Part shown: positions 20,085-31,240 of the stretch, piece after piece
Layout of the letters: the number at the start of each line of letters is the position of its first letter
Position numbering within the stretch: position 1 is the first letter of the stretch
Source: Aulosira sp. ZfuVER01
Lineage (GTDB): Bacteria; Cyanobacteriota; Cyanobacteriia; Cyanobacteriales; Nostocaceae
DNA: 64,000 nt
Assembly (NCBI GenBank): GCA_034530615.2
Contig: JAVRCV020000019.1
Coordinates: forward strand, 32,001 to 96,000
Direction of reading: 5' to 3'
Position numbers and translations under genes: made by a program
The notes under the pieces: model-generated
The model's input: the letters and a program-made list of their open reading frames with translations, nothing else
Told to the model about the DNA's origin: nothing
Databases searched by the model: none

Positions 20085-21254
20085 TTAATTAAAATCTTTC
20101 AAGATCATGTGTTTTTGAGAATCAAAAGTAATTAATCCTTGTTGTTTAAATTTGCTCATAAAGCGCGTAATTGTTACTCTATTCGCACAGCAGGCACTAG
20201 CAATATCTTCATGAGTCAAACGAGCACTTAGGCGCATTCCCCCCGGCACAGGTTCACCAATTTCTTGTTTGAGAAATTCCAAAAGATAATGCAATCGCTC
20301 TTGTACCTGTCGCTTTCCAGAAATCGCTAACAAAGATTCTGTTTGCTGTAACCGTTGATTGATTTTTGGTAGAAAGTTATGGCTGATGCTAGGAGAAGCT
20401 GCTATTTCTGACACGTGAATTGATACTAACTCTACCTCGGATAATGCTATTGCTTGATAAATCTTCAGAGAAGTCATACTAGAGCCAAAGATCATTCCTG
20501 CTCCTACCAACCCTATCAGCACTTCTTCACCTGTTTCACAGAAAGTACTCAGTTTGACCCAACCCCGACAAACATATAAAATTTGTAGTGGGTTAAGAGA
20601 AATATTGTCTCCTTTAGAATATTTATATAAGCGACGATCCCTAATAACACTGCTGACACTCTTGATTTCTGGTGATTCCCATTGCTTGCGTCCAGTGATA
20701 TTACGTACTATCCACCGAAGAGATATTACCTGACCCTGTTGATTGCGAACAGCTGCTACTGTTAAAGCAGCATTAAGAGTATCCCCATGACGTTGCTGCA
20801 AGCGTACTAATAATTCTGTGTCTGTGTCCGATTCAGATAATCGGTTGATTTCAGTACGAATTTGCTGACGTTCTTCGATAGGAACAAAGGTGGTAATTGG
20901 TTTACCTACTAAAAATTGTTTAGAAACATTCAGTAACTTAGCTGCCACCTGATTAGCTTCGTGGATTGTACCTGATGCATTAGTGACTAAATAAGCATCT
21001 GGTGCTAAATCAAATAAATCTTGATAGCGTTGGCGTTCGCTTTCAAGAAAATTTTGTGTTCGGATTAATTCCTCATTTTGCTGATATAGTTCCTCCACCG
21101 CCAATTGCAAAGTTTTTGAACTGTGCTGAAGTTCCTCAAAAGCTTTTGGTAGCATTTCTGATGGTACCCAAGGCAAGACAGTAGCTGTTTGATATAAATC
21201 AGCTAACCGCTTGTGCAACACTTCTGTGCGTTGAAAAAACAGCTCCAGGTTCAT
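20085..21254 (-). CDS. PAS domain + Crp/Fnr-family transcriptional regulator
   Basis: Coiled coil (VEELYQQNEEL), PAS (YQDLFDLAPDAYLVT), cNMP-like beta barrel (GWVKLST..ETGEEVLIGL), Crp HTH (LTHEDIASA...RVTITR). Confidence 0.85.
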   Translation of the reverse strand: MNLELFFQRTEVLHKRLADLYQTATVLPWVPSEMLPKAFEELQHSSKTLQLAVEELYQQNEELIRTQNFLESERQRYQDLFDLAPDAYLVTNASGTIHEANQVAAKLLNVSKQFLVGKPITTFVPIEERQQIRTEINRLSESDTDTELLVRLQQRHGDTLNAALTVAAVRNQQGQVISLRWIVRNITGRKQWESPEIKSVSSVIRDRRLYKYSKGDNISLNPLQILYVCRGWVKLSTFCETGEEVLIGLVGAGMIFGSSMTSLKIYQAIALSEVELVSIHVSEIAASPSISHNFLPKINQRLQQTESLLAISGKRQVQERLHYLLEFLKQEIGEPVPGGMRLSARLTHEDIASACCANRVTITRFMSKFKQQGLITFDSQKHMILKDFN

Positions 21255-21359
21255 CTGGAATTCTCTCCCTTTTTGCAGAGGTTAATCATCAAAGTAACTA
21301 TTTTTAGTATTACAAAACTTCTATCTTGAGAAGTGTATCTGCGAAATCGATCAATATAA

Positions 21360-23567
21360 TTAAGCAAACTCATAGCGATTTTTACCGAGGTTTTTGGCAC
21401 GATACATAGCAGTGTCTGCCTGTTTAATTAAAGTTTCACTGTCGCGGCTGTTAAGAGGATAGATACTGATACCAATACTAGCAGATACTTTAGTAGTATA
21501 CCCATCCAAAACAATTGGCTCAGTGATAGTACTTAAGATTTTTTCGGCAACTTTAGCAGCTACTTGTACGTTTGGAATTGCACGTAAAATTACGGTAAAT
21601 TCATCGCCGCCTAAGCGAGATACCGTATCACTACCGCGCAAGCAGTTACTAAGCCTTTGTCCAATTGTTACCAAAAGGCGATCGCCAATTTCGTGCCCCA
21701 AAGTATCATTAACTTGTTTAAACCCATCTAGATCAATAAATAATAGCCCTAATAATAAATTGTGATCTTTTGCCCAATCTAAAGACTCGAGCAGTTTTTC
21801 ATTGAAAAATTTCCGATTGGATAAACCTGTAAGGGGGTCGTGATATGCCAGATAACGCAAGTGGTCTTCTTTGCGTTTTAATTCAGTGTTAGAACGGTAG
21901 AGTTCAGCAGCCGTACGCTTAAGTTGTTCTTCCATTTGCTTGCGTTGAGTAATATCTCGGATCACTCCAACTAAAAAGTAATTACCCGCAGCATCTTGAT
22001 GAAACGATCGCTTAGTCGAAATTAAGTGAGTCGAACCATAAGCATCTGTAAATTCTTCTTCACTTTCCTGGGTTTGCTGAGTTTGGAAAACCTTCTCATC
22101 TTGCTGGCGAAATACATCAGCTTCATGTTGAGGGAAAAAGTCATAGTCTGACTTTTCAATTAACAACTGATTGGGATAACCAATTAATCGGCTATAAGCT
22201 TCATTTAAGACAATCCACTGATGTTGTTCATTTTTGACAAAAATTGGGTCAGGAATTGTATTAATAACTTGATGTAAAAACTCTCTGGAGCGTTTTAACT
22301 CTTCTTGCATAGAGGCAAGATAATTGGTAATCCAAATAGCTGAACCGCCAAATGTGAGCAGTGGAGGAATCAGCGGTATCCACCAACCAGACAAAAAGGC
22401 AACATAGGTAAACAGAGCTAACAACAAGCAAAAAAGTAGAATACTAATAGATATCTTTGTTGGCTGTCGGATGCGCCATGCTGTTGTGGCTCCTAAATAA
22501 GACCAACCAAAAATCCACAAGTATTCCCATAGCTTTGGCAAGACTTTCAGTAAAGGTCTTCCTTCTAAAGCAGCAGCAATTAACTCATTGATAAAGTGTG
22601 CTTGTAGTTCAATTCCCGCAATGGGTTGTGCTGTACCCATCAGTCTGCTTGATTGAGGTACGAAAACAAAATCTTGTAGGCTAGGTGCTGTAGAACCAAT
22701 AAGTACAATGCGATCGCTGAACCATTGTTTTGGTACTCTGTCTGCTAGCACATCTCTCATTGTTACTTGGCGATAACTACAGGATGCTGTCGATGAACTA
22801 GGACAACTTGGTTTGGGAAAGTTGGACAAAATTTGGTAGCCTCTAGCATCAGCTCCCACGTATGCACCATCATTAGCTTGAAATCTAGTAAACACTGCTT
22901 GACCCAACTGCAAGTACTCAGAGTTGTTGGCTGCGGTTTGAGGAGTAATGCCGTAGGATTTCAAATACACTAAAGCCAGCTTCAAGGCAAAACTTTCGTG
23001 TGCTTGATTATCAATGTGCCAATACAACAAGCTACGACGTATTTTGCCATCAGGGTCATATAAAACATTATTAAAACCCACTTGATCGAGTTGGTTCAGT
23101 ACCGGTGGCGGCAAAACACTCGCATTTTTGTTATTTGCCAGTTGTTCAATCCCAATCAAGTTTGGCATTGACTTATAAGCTTTTACCAGATTTTCATAAC
23201 CAGACTCCACTGGCAAATCCCGGTAGATATCTAAACCAACAGCACGAGGTTGATAAGCGTTTAATTTTTGTAACAACTGGGCGATCGCATCATCTGGAAT
23301 CGGCCAAGAACCAACTTGGCGTAAAGAAGCTTCATCAATCGCTACAATAGTAATGCGCTCTTCTGGTGGTTCGTTTGGACGTAAGCGAAACAATTGATCT
23401 AACGCTGCCAATTCTAAGGATTGGAATAATCCAATAGAGCGTATAAGCAAAATGCAGACTGCAACGCTGGAAGCAGTAATTAATTCTCTATGCCCTCGAC
23501 CAAGCGGTTTTTTCAGTCCAGATATGAACCTTACAAGACGCTTGCCTAGCTGCTTACTCATTCCCAT
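21360..23567 (-). CDS. CHASE2-PAS-GGDEF diguanylate cyclase
   Basis: CHASE2 (ITIVAIDE, WPIPD, GLDIYRD), three TM helices, PAS, HDPLTGL, DLDGFKQVND, RLGGDEF with RGSD I-site. Confidence 0.93.
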   Translation of the reverse strand: MGMSKQLGKRLVRFISGLKKPLGRGHRELITASSVAVCILLIRSIGLFQSLELAALDQLFRLRPNEPPEERITIVAIDEASLRQVGSWPIPDDAIAQLLQKLNAYQPRAVGLDIYRDLPVESGYENLVKAYKSMPNLIGIEQLANNKNASVLPPPVLNQLDQVGFNNVLYDPDGKIRRSLLYWHIDNQAHESFALKLALVYLKSYGITPQTAANNSEYLQLGQAVFTRFQANDGAYVGADARGYQILSNFPKPSCPSSSTASCSYRQVTMRDVLADRVPKQWFSDRIVLIGSTAPSLQDFVFVPQSSRLMGTAQPIAGIELQAHFINELIAAALEGRPLLKVLPKLWEYLWIFGWSYLGATTAWRIRQPTKISISILLFCLLLALFTYVAFLSGWWIPLIPPLLTFGGSAIWITNYLASMQEELKRSREFLHQVINTIPDPIFVKNEQHQWIVLNEAYSRLIGYPNQLLIEKSDYDFFPQHEADVFRQQDEKVFQTQQTQESEEEFTDAYGSTHLISTKRSFHQDAAGNYFLVGVIRDITQRKQMEEQLKRTAAELYRSNTELKRKEDHLRYLAYHDPLTGLSNRKFFNEKLLESLDWAKDHNLLLGLLFIDLDGFKQVNDTLGHEIGDRLLVTIGQRLSNCLRGSDTVSRLGGDEFTVILRAIPNVQVAAKVAEKILSTITEPIVLDGYTTKVSASIGISIYPLNSRDSETLIKQADTAMYRAKNLGKNRYEFA

Positions 23568-24145
23568 TACCTAGTGGGGAGAAATATAAATATTTTTTAT
23601 TTGCGATTTATATCAACTACTTGGCGAATATAGCTTACAGGTGAGCTATATTGAGTTTCTAAGAGTTTATTCAGATCCATTGAATTCCTCAAGATTAATC
23701 TTAGGTATTCATTATCTGATGAAATGGCAATTGGAACTCTTGCATCTAATAGCACAAGTTAACTATAAATAGTCTTTACTAAGTAAATTAGTATATCTAT
23801 CGGAAGTATTAAAAGCTGAATATTGGAATTAAATATTTGCATAATTGCGTATTCAACTTATTTAAAGTATAAAAAAAGCGGATTTTTATAGTATTTTTAC
23901 CCAAAATAAATTTATTGATTAAATTTGTAATATCTTTATTTATGAGATTATTACAACCAGACACGAAACGAATGGTGAAAATTACTAATTGATAAATAAT
24001 ACATACGATAATAACTGATGGTTCTATATTATTTATTACTAAAAATGAATAAGTCAACCGGAAGCAAATTTGCTTTATGCAACCAGTTGACTATTCAGTA
24101 TCAGACATTAGCTTAGTTTACTAGCAAGCACCTTGCCAAAGCTAA

Positions 24146-25132
24146 TTACTTGAAATATTTGAAGTTCCGCGGCCCTGTATAATTAGAAACTTTGGCTAGT
24201 TCCTCTAAATTTTGAACTCCGCTATAGCTTTTCCCATTAATTATCCAAGTAGGGAATCCTTCTATTTTGGCAGCTTTACATAGATCTGGTTGAGCCTTGA
24301 GTCCATCGGGAGCGCACTCTACCTTAATAGTATCATTGATGATATTGTAAGCCTCTTTACCAAATATCAACTTTTGTTCGTGGCAGTGCGGACACCAATA
24401 AGCAACATATTCTTTAGCACCTATCTTGACAAGATGGTTTGCTAAAGCTATTTCTGCCTCACCAGAAGTGGTGGTGATTTGCCAACCAAATGCGGGGTTA
24501 GGATTTTCTTTAGGAGTAAAGCTGATTTGTGCTGGTTTACCAGGAGTTGATTCAGGCGTACTGCTTAATTGATTGACATTACTAAAGACTGCTAAAGTGC
24601 CAATCAGGGTAATCATCCCAACAATAATAGCGGTAAAGAAGATTTGCCCAACATCTTCCCAAGTACGACCAATAATCGTCAGCACTAGAAGGCTTACAGA
24701 GAATAAAGCTGAGGCAATACAGTAAGGACAAACGGCTTTGATCTGAGTTGCCAGCAAGTACATTAAGTAGCCGCTAAAGATGGACATGGCGATCGTACCC
24801 ACCAACAGCAACCACCAAGTCAAGTTTTCTATTTGTTTGCGGTTATTGTTTTCTCCAGATTTTAATGCTAGGGGAGCCAAAGCCAATATCAGCATCCCGG
24901 TGTAAGCCAAAAACCCAAACAAAGCCAATGGCTGACCAAACACTGTTGCCCAAGGGCTGGAAAGTACATCGTTACAGCCTTTGACACCAGCTTGGGCAAC
25001 ACAAGCTGCACTACCTCCGGTTAACTTTTCGATAGTGAGATAACCTGTTGTCAGGGCACCAAGCCCAGCGATCGCGGCAATCAATGGACGCGACCATTTA
25101 TGAATCCAAGGAGTAGAACGGCGGCGAATCAT
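24146..25132 (-). CDS. Vitamin K epoxide reductase family protein with thioredoxin-like domain
   Basis: C...GCNDVLSSPWA, CPYC, YWCPHC, EGFPTW; start at MIRRR (the upstream extension is STRR-derived). Confidence 0.92.
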   Translation of the reverse strand: MIRRRSTPWIHKWSRPLIAAIAGLGALTTGYLTIEKLTGGSAACVAQAGVKGCNDVLSSPWATVFGQPLALFGFLAYTGMLILALAPLALKSGENNNRKQIENLTWWLLLVGTIAMSIFSGYLMYLLATQIKAVCPYCIASALFSVSLLVLTIIGRTWEDVGQIFFTAIIVGMITLIGTLAVFSNVNQLSSTPESTPGKPAQISFTPKENPNPAFGWQITTTSGEAEIALANHLVKIGAKEYVAYWCPHCHEQKLIFGKEAYNIINDTIKVECAPDGLKAQPDLCKAAKIEGFPTWIINGKSYSGVQNLEELAKVSNYTGPRNFKYFK

Positions 25133-25138
25133 AAACTG

Positions 25139-25295
25139 TGATTGGGAATGAGGAATTGGGTATGGGGCATGGGGTATTGGGCATGGGGCATTGGGCATGG
25201 GGAATGAGTAATTGGGCATGGGGTATTGGTTATTTCCCCCTATTCCCCTTGTCCTCCTTGTCTTCCCTGTCCTTAATCCCTAATCCCCAGTCCCA
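25139..25295. repeat. STRR heptamer tandem repeats
   Basis: tggggca/ttgggca/tggggta units, followed by taatccc units. Confidence 0.8.
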
Positions 25296-25297
25296 GG

Positions 25298-26146
25298 TTA
25301 AGAACGTATAGTTACTGATGAAATTGATTTAGTTTCACCCTTAGAGTTCCAACTCCGACGTGCGGCTTCGACAAATTGACTAACACGAATTGGGTCAATT
25401 GGTTGTTCAATCCGACCGTGGCGTTTTAGGGAACTAGAGACAATTACACCATCTGCTGCCTGCATCAGTGTAGCTATATTTTCCCAATTAGCCCCGCTGC
25501 CAATGAATACTGGCGTGCCATTTGCTGCGCCACAAGCCAGTTCCAAATCTTCTATGTTAGGAGGACTACCAGTAGCCCAGCCTGATAAAATCACTGCATC
25601 TGCTAAACCCCTTTCGATTGTATCTTTGACAGCCACTGTCAGATTGGGAGAACTTAAAGGGCGGGCGTGCTTGACCAATACATCGGCTAGAATTTTCACA
25701 TCAGTGCCTAATTCGCGCCGATAGCGGAGTAGTTGATGGGCTTCTCCCTCAATTAATCCCTGGTCAGTTGCCATCACCCCTGTGAGGACGTTAACGCGAA
25801 TAAATTGCGCCCGCACGCAACTGGCGATCGCCATTGCACTTTTAGCATCGTTCCGCAACACATTTAAACCTACAGGCAATGTCACCATATTCTGTATTCG
25901 CTGTACCACCACAGTCATGGCACTCACAACCGCTGGATCGACCTGGTTTTTGGTAAACGGCGCATCGAAAAAATTTTCTACAATGATACCGTCAACCCCA
26001 CCACTTGCTAGTGCTGTTGCTTCTTGTTCGGCGCGGTCAATTACTGTTTTCAGGCTGCCTCCCCAGCGGGGCGAGGTAGGCAGTGGTAGTAGGTGAACCA
26101 CGCCAATAATTGGTGTTCGAGTTTTAAATAGCTGATATAAGTCCAC
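25298..26146 (-). CDS. btpA: Photosystem I biogenesis protein BtpA
   Basis: IIGVVHLLPLPTSPRW, ENFFDAPF, GLNVLRND, ADVLVKHA; GTG start. Confidence 0.93.
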   Translation of the reverse strand: MDLYQLFKTRTPIIGVVHLLPLPTSPRWGGSLKTVIDRAEQEATALASGGVDGIIVENFFDAPFTKNQVDPAVVSAMTVVVQRIQNMVTLPVGLNVLRNDAKSAMAIASCVRAQFIRVNVLTGVMATDQGLIEGEAHQLLRYRRELGTDVKILADVLVKHARPLSSPNLTVAVKDTIERGLADAVILSGWATGSPPNIEDLELACGAANGTPVFIGSGANWENIATLMQAADGVIVSSSLKRHGRIEQPIDPIRVSQFVEAARRSWNSKGETKSISSVTIRS

Positions 26147-26815
26147 GTCTTTAATCCGCTTCGCGGAGTCCACAGTCCATTAGTCTAGAGTCTAGAATTG
26201 TTTGACATTGACTAATGACCAAATGACCAATGCCTAATTGATTTTATGGTGGTCGGTTTTCCGCCTCCTCCCTAGGATGGAAATTAGCGTTAAACCTTCC
26301 ATAAGATATGTTAAGATAAAACTTGACTACAAAGAGGAGTTTGCCACTCACAAGACGCGAGGCAGCTTCCCAAAGTTTTAGGTTTCTCACCTGCGCATCT
26401 TCGTAGGCAAAACCCGATCTGAAGGGTAGCATTACTGCTTGATTAGGCATAGTCGCGAGCGCGATTTCCCTGAGGGTAGCGACTTCTCACAACCAGCCCT
26501 TTGGGCGGCTTCCCGATGGGTAAATTAACAACGCACACGCTGCGGTAATGTAAAATACCAACAGGCGAATTGTTAAAAAACATAACAAGTGTCAAATATA
26601 CCCACGACACTCCATTTTACCCTGGGAAAACGGATTAATAAAAGCATCATAGCATCACCTTAACCTTAACTAAGGTCATAGGTTTGCGGACAGCGACGGG
26701 CAATGCTACTCTTCCACTTGAGTACTGTCCACGTATGGGTGCAGATTAAAACAGAGCCAAGCAAGCGCTGTTTATGTTTGATGAAAAGAAAAAAACGGAA
26801 AATTTTGGCAAAATA

Positions 26816-28135
26816 ATGGGTGACAAGCCAACAATTGCAATTTCTCACCTGGGCTGCGAGAAAAATCGAATTGATACAGAACATATGCTAGGGCTGCTTG
26901 TCAAAGCAGGCTATGGCGTAGATAGTAATGAAGAGTTAGCAGATTACGTTATTGTCAATACCTGTAGTTTTATTGAAGCCGCAAGAGAAGAATCTGTTAA
27001 AACTTTGGTAGAGTTGGCAGAGGCGAATAAAAAAATCGTGATCACTGGCTGTATGGCCCAGCACTTCCAAGAACAATTATTGGAAGAGTTGCCAGAAGCA
27101 GTGGCCGTAGTAGGTACAGGCGATTATCACAAAATTGTAAATGTAATTGAGCGGGTAGAACAAGGGGAACGGGTCAAGCAGGTTAGTATTGAACCAACCT
27201 ATATTGCCGATGAAACTACACCGCGCTACCGCACTACAACCGAAGGCGTAGCTTATCTGCGGGTGGCCGAAGGATGTGATTATCGTTGTGCGTTTTGTAT
27301 TATTCCTCATCTTCGAGGAAACCAACGATCGCGTACTATTGAATCCATTGTCGCTGAAGCCAAGCAGTTAGCTAGTCAAGGGGTACAAGAAATTATTCTG
27401 ATTTCCCAAATCACCACTAATTATGGTTTGGATATTTACGGTAAGCCAAAGTTAGCCGAATTACTCCGCGCTTTGGGAGAAGTAGATGTACCGTGGATCA
27501 GGATGCACTACGCTTATCCCACCGGACTGACACCTGATGTCATAGCAGCGATCCAAGAAATACCGAATGTCCTTCCCTACTTAGATTTGCCTTTACAACA
27601 TTCTCATGGAGAAATTCTCCGCGCCATGAACCGTCCCTGGCAAGGGCAGGTAAATGATGGGATTATTGAGCGCATCAAGTTGGCGCTACCATCTGCGGTG
27701 CTGAGAACAACATTTATTGTTGGTTTTCCAGGAGAAACCGAAGAGCATTTTGAACATCTACTCAAGTTTGTCCAGCGGCACGAATTTGACCATGTGGGCG
27801 TTTTCACCTTTTCTCCCGAAGAGGAAACCCCAGCCTACAAACTGCCAAATCAGTTGCCTCAATTCGTGATGGATGAGCGCCGAAACCGCCTCATGGAACT
27901 CCAACAACCAATTGCTTGGCAAAAGAATCAACAGGAAGTAGGCAAAATTGTTGATGTCCTGATTGAGCAAGAAAATCCTGAAACTGGAGAATTAATTGGT
28001 CGTTCTGCGAGATTTGCCCCCGAAATTGATGGGCAGGTTTATGTGGTAGGCAAGGCCAAGTTAGGAACACTTGTGCCAGTAGAAATCCAAAGTGCTGATA
28101 CATACGACCTCTACGGTCAAATTGTCAATAACTAA
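26816..28135 (+). CDS. rimO: Ribosomal protein S12 methylthiotransferase RimO
   Basis: [27 protein letters not shown]-terminal TRAM (APEIDG). Confidence 0.96.
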   Translation: MGDKPTIAISHLGCEKNRIDTEHMLGLLVKAGYGVDSNEELADYVIVNTCSFIEAAREESVKTLVELAEANKKIVITGCMAQHFQEQLLEELPEAVAVVGTGDYHKIVNVIERVEQGERVKQVSIEPTYIADETTPRYRTTTEGVAYLRVAEGCDYRCAFCIIPHLRGNQRSRTIESIVAEAKQLASQGVQEIILISQITTNYGLDIYGKPKLAELLRALGEVDVPWIRMHYAYPTGLTPDVIAAIQEIPNVLPYLDLPLQHSHGEILRAMNRPWQGQVNDGIIERIKLALPSAVLRTTFIVGFPGETEEHFEHLLKFVQRHEFDHVGVFTFSPEEETPAYKLPNQLPQFVMDERRNRLMELQQPIAWQKNQQEVGKIVDVLIEQENPETGELIGRSARFAPEIDGQVYVVGKAKLGTLVPVEIQSADTYDLYGQIVNN

Positions 28136-28184
28136 TTGACTAATGACTAAATCCAAAAATCCAAAACAAAATCTAGGAGAGTTA

Positions 28185-29720
28185 ATGAATCTTTCGTTTC
28201 AAGAACTAGGCATTTCACAAGAACGTGTTGAACAACTAGAGAAAATTGGTTTCACCACACCTACCAATATTCAAACCCAAGCAATTCCCCAACTGCTAGC
28301 GGGTCGTGATGTAGTAGGTCAATCCCAAACAGGAACCGGGAAAACCGCGGCTTTTTCATTACCGATCCTAGAACGGCTAGATGTTAATCAAAGAGCTGTG
28401 CAAGCATTGGTTTTAACTCCAACTCGTGAGTTGGCTATGCAAGTTCACGATGCGATCGCCCAATTTATCGGCAATGAAGGATTGCGGGTGTTAGCAATCT
28501 ATGGTGGACAATCAATTGACCGCCAAATTTTACAACTCAGACGTGGTGTACACATGGTTGTGGGTACACCAGGACGGGTAATCGACTTACTGGATCGGGG
28601 CTGTCTAAAGCTCGATCAAGTCAAGTGGTTTGTGTTGGATGAAGCCGATGAAATGTTGAGCATGGGCTTTATCGATGATGTAATCAAAATTCTGTCCCAA
28701 GCGCCTGAAGATCGCCAAACAGCTTTATTTTCAGCCACAATGCCGCCATCGATTCGGCAATTGGTGAACAAGTTTTTGCGATCGCCTGCGACTGTCACCG
28801 TCGAACAGCCAAAAGCTGCTCCCAATAAAATTAATCAAGTAGCTTACCTAATTCCTCGTCACTGGACAAAAGCTAAAGCTTTACAGCCGATTCTGGAAAT
28901 GGAAGACCCAGAAACAGCTTTGATATTTGTCCGTACCAGACGCACCGCCGCAGAACTCACCAGTCAACTGCAAGCAGCCGGACACAGTGTCGATGAATAC
29001 CACGGTGACTTGTCTCAACAAGCCAGAGAACGCTTACTAAGCCGATTCCGCAATCGTCAGGTGCGCTGGGTAGTAGCCACTGATATTGCCGCCCGGGGAT
29101 TAGATGTAGACCAACTGTCTCATGTGATCAACTACGACTTACCCGATAGCGTAGAAACCTACGTCCACCGCATTGGTCGTACTGGTCGGGCTGGCAAGGA
29201 AGGAACGGCAATTTCTTTAGTACAACCATTTGAGCGTCGCAAGCAACAGATATTTGAACGCCATAACCGCCAAAGTTGGCAATTGCTGTCAATTCCTACA
29301 AGGGCACAAATTGAAGCGCGGCACATCAATAAATTGCAAGAACAGGTAGGAGAAGCTTTAACAGGCGAACGCCTAGCTTCATTTTTACCGATAGTTAGCG
29401 AACTGATCGAAAAATATGATGCTCAAGCGATCGCAGCTGCGGCACTGCAAATCGCTTACGATCAAACTCGTCCTGCTTGGCTAAGTTCAGACATTGAAAT
29501 TCCCCAAGAAGAAAACATCTCTGCTCCCAAACCAAAGTTGGTCAAGCGTCGTGATGCTTCTGGAGAACGCACCCGTTCCAATTGGAGCAAATCAGACAAC
29601 ATTGGTGATGAAGAAAGACGTGGTAGTCCCAAGCCAAAGCTGCGGACAAGCGGTCGTCGTGATGCTGCCCCTGTTAATCACAAGCTAGGTTCATCTACAG
29701 CTAGAGAATCGGCTTCCTAA
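28185..29720 (+). CDS. crhR: DEAD-box RNA helicase (CrhR/CrhB type)
   Basis: Q motif, SQTGTGKT, PTRELA, DEAD, SAT, ARGLD, HRIGRTGR; AGGAGA RBS; directly downstream of rimO as in the cyanobacterial rimO-crhR operon. Confidence 0.9.
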   Translation: MNLSFQELGISQERVEQLEKIGFTTPTNIQTQAIPQLLAGRDVVGQSQTGTGKTAAFSLPILERLDVNQRAVQALVLTPTRELAMQVHDAIAQFIGNEGLRVLAIYGGQSIDRQILQLRRGVHMVVGTPGRVIDLLDRGCLKLDQVKWFVLDEADEMLSMGFIDDVIKILSQAPEDRQTALFSATMPPSIRQLVNKFLRSPATVTVEQPKAAPNKINQVAYLIPRHWTKAKALQPILEMEDPETALIFVRTRRTAAELTSQLQAAGHSVDEYHGDLSQQARERLLSRFRNRQVRWVVATDIAARGLDVDQLSHVINYDLPDSVETYVHRIGRTGRAGKEGTAISLVQPFERRKQQIFERHNRQSWQLLSIPTRAQIEARHINKLQEQVGEALTGERLASFLPIVSELIEKYDAQAIAAAALQIAYDQTRPAWLSSDIEIPQEENISAPKPKLVKRRDASGERTRSNWSKSDNIGDEERRGSPKPKLRTSGRRDAAPVNHKLGSSTARESAS

Positions 29721-30068
29721 GTCAAGAGGAGCCAGTCGTGTGTGGGGGTTCCCCCCGTTGAGTAAACTGGTGTTCAAGAGTCAAGAGTCAAGAGTTAGAA
29801 TTGAACTGGAGTCGGTAGAAAGTTGTCTACTATCATCGCTAGCTTGCTAGCCTGGACTTCACAGTTTTGACTTTTGACTTTGGGCTTTGAGCATAATTAA
29901 AGGGTCAACTTTGAATATCGTAAAATAGATTCCTTGCGATTACTACTCTACGAGAAGCCGCTCCGCGTCTACGCTAAACTGCGTTCCGCTCGTAATGATA
30001 TTTAATATCTAATTATTTTGATCTGCTTATTAGTTCTTTTTAAGGTTTACTTGATAAATGATCTGTAA

Positions 30069-30103
30069 AGTTTGAGTTGAAGATTTAAACTTCAACTCAA
30101 ACT
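30069..30103. terminator. Perfect 14-bp stem hairpin, likely terminator for the aldo/keto reductase gene
   Basis: AGTTTGAGTTGAAG-atttaaa-CTTCAACTCAAACT between convergent genes. Confidence 0.7.
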
Positions 30104-30123
30104 AATGATTGCCAACAAAAATC

Positions 30124-31083
30124 CTACAGCCAAGGGCGGCTAACTTTTTCTAACTCGTTAATTTCATCATCGCTCAGTCTCCAACCCAAAGCACCAGCAT
30201 TTTGTTTTACCTGTTGCGCTGTCTTCACGCCAGCAATGGGGATGACATTACCTTGAGCAATTAACCAGTTAAGTGCAACTTGAGCGGGAGTGCGCTGATA
30301 TTTTTCGCCGAATTGTTGTAGCAAAGATATCACGGGCGAAATTTTTTCTAGGCCTTCTTTACTAAATCGTGGATCTATCCTTCTAGCACCAGTAGGGATT
30401 TCATTACTATTCGCGGTGTATTTACCTGTGAGTAATCCCTGAGCTAAAGGGCTATATGCCAAAATTGTTACACCCAACTCACGAGCCGTAGCGAGAATGC
30501 CTTGGCTTTCAATTTGGCGAGACAGCAAGGAGTAACGCACCTGGTTGACAGCCAAAGGTACTCCCCTAGCTGCCAAAATTTGATGAGCTTCTCGCATTTG
30601 TGCTGCTGAGTAATTACTGACACCTACTGTGCCAATTCTACCCCGTTGCACTTCATCTGCTAGGGCGTTCATTAGTGTTTCTTGGCTCAAAAAGAAGGTG
30701 AACGGCCAATGTACTTGATATAGGTCAATTCGCTCTAATTGTAAGCGCTTAAGACTTTCCGTTAACGCATCAGACACAGATTCCCCTGTAAAGCGCCACG
30801 GTAGGGGGCCAAATTTCGTAGCAATTTGCACAGGTTGCTGTGTTTGTTGCAAAAATTCTCCCAAAAACTGTTCGCTAGTTCCGAGTCCGTATACTTCCGC
30901 CGTATCAAAAAAGGTAACGCCAGCCTCTAATGCTGCGGTAAAGGCTTCTTTTAACTGTTCTGGGCCGTAGCCATCGCCATAATTCCAAAATAGTTTATCG
31001 CCCCATGCCCAAGTACCCAGGCAAAGGGGTGTAACAACTGGGCCATTTTTCCCCAAAGAGATGGTTTCCTCGTTTGTCAACAT
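30124..31083 (-). CDS. Aldo/keto reductase
   Basis: LGTWAWGD, FFDTAEVYG, IATKF, DLYQVHWP, GVSNY, AYSPLAQGLLTGKY. Confidence 0.93.
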   Translation of the reverse strand: MLTNEETISLGKNGPVVTPLCLGTWAWGDKLFWNYGDGYGPEQLKEAFTAALEAGVTFFDTAEVYGLGTSEQFLGEFLQQTQQPVQIATKFGPLPWRFTGESVSDALTESLKRLQLERIDLYQVHWPFTFFLSQETLMNALADEVQRGRIGTVGVSNYSAAQMREAHQILAARGVPLAVNQVRYSLLSRQIESQGILATARELGVTILAYSPLAQGLLTGKYTANSNEIPTGARRIDPRFSKEGLEKISPVISLLQQFGEKYQRTPAQVALNWLIAQGNVIPIAGVKTAQQVKQNAGALGWRLSDDEINELEKVSRPWL

Positions 31084-31240
31084 TTTATTTTGTTACATTT
31101 ATTTACATTTCTAGTGTATCGTTACAAAAAAACGCTGAGAACAAAAAATAGAGTTATACAAAAGATTTATTTCTTTGGAAGTATGGGTACAATCGCTGAA
31201 CCGAAGAGTTATTCAACTTAATTAGCACCGATTAACACAA

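Noticed and set aside
23809..24057. 82-aa AT-rich ORF
   Set aside because: Non-ATG start and Ile/Asn/Lys-biased composition typical of chance ORFs in AT-rich promoter DNA.
25133..25219. N-terminal extension MPNYSFPMPNAPCPIPH of the VKOR protein
   Set aside because: Translation of STRR repeats; the true start is probably ATG 25132.
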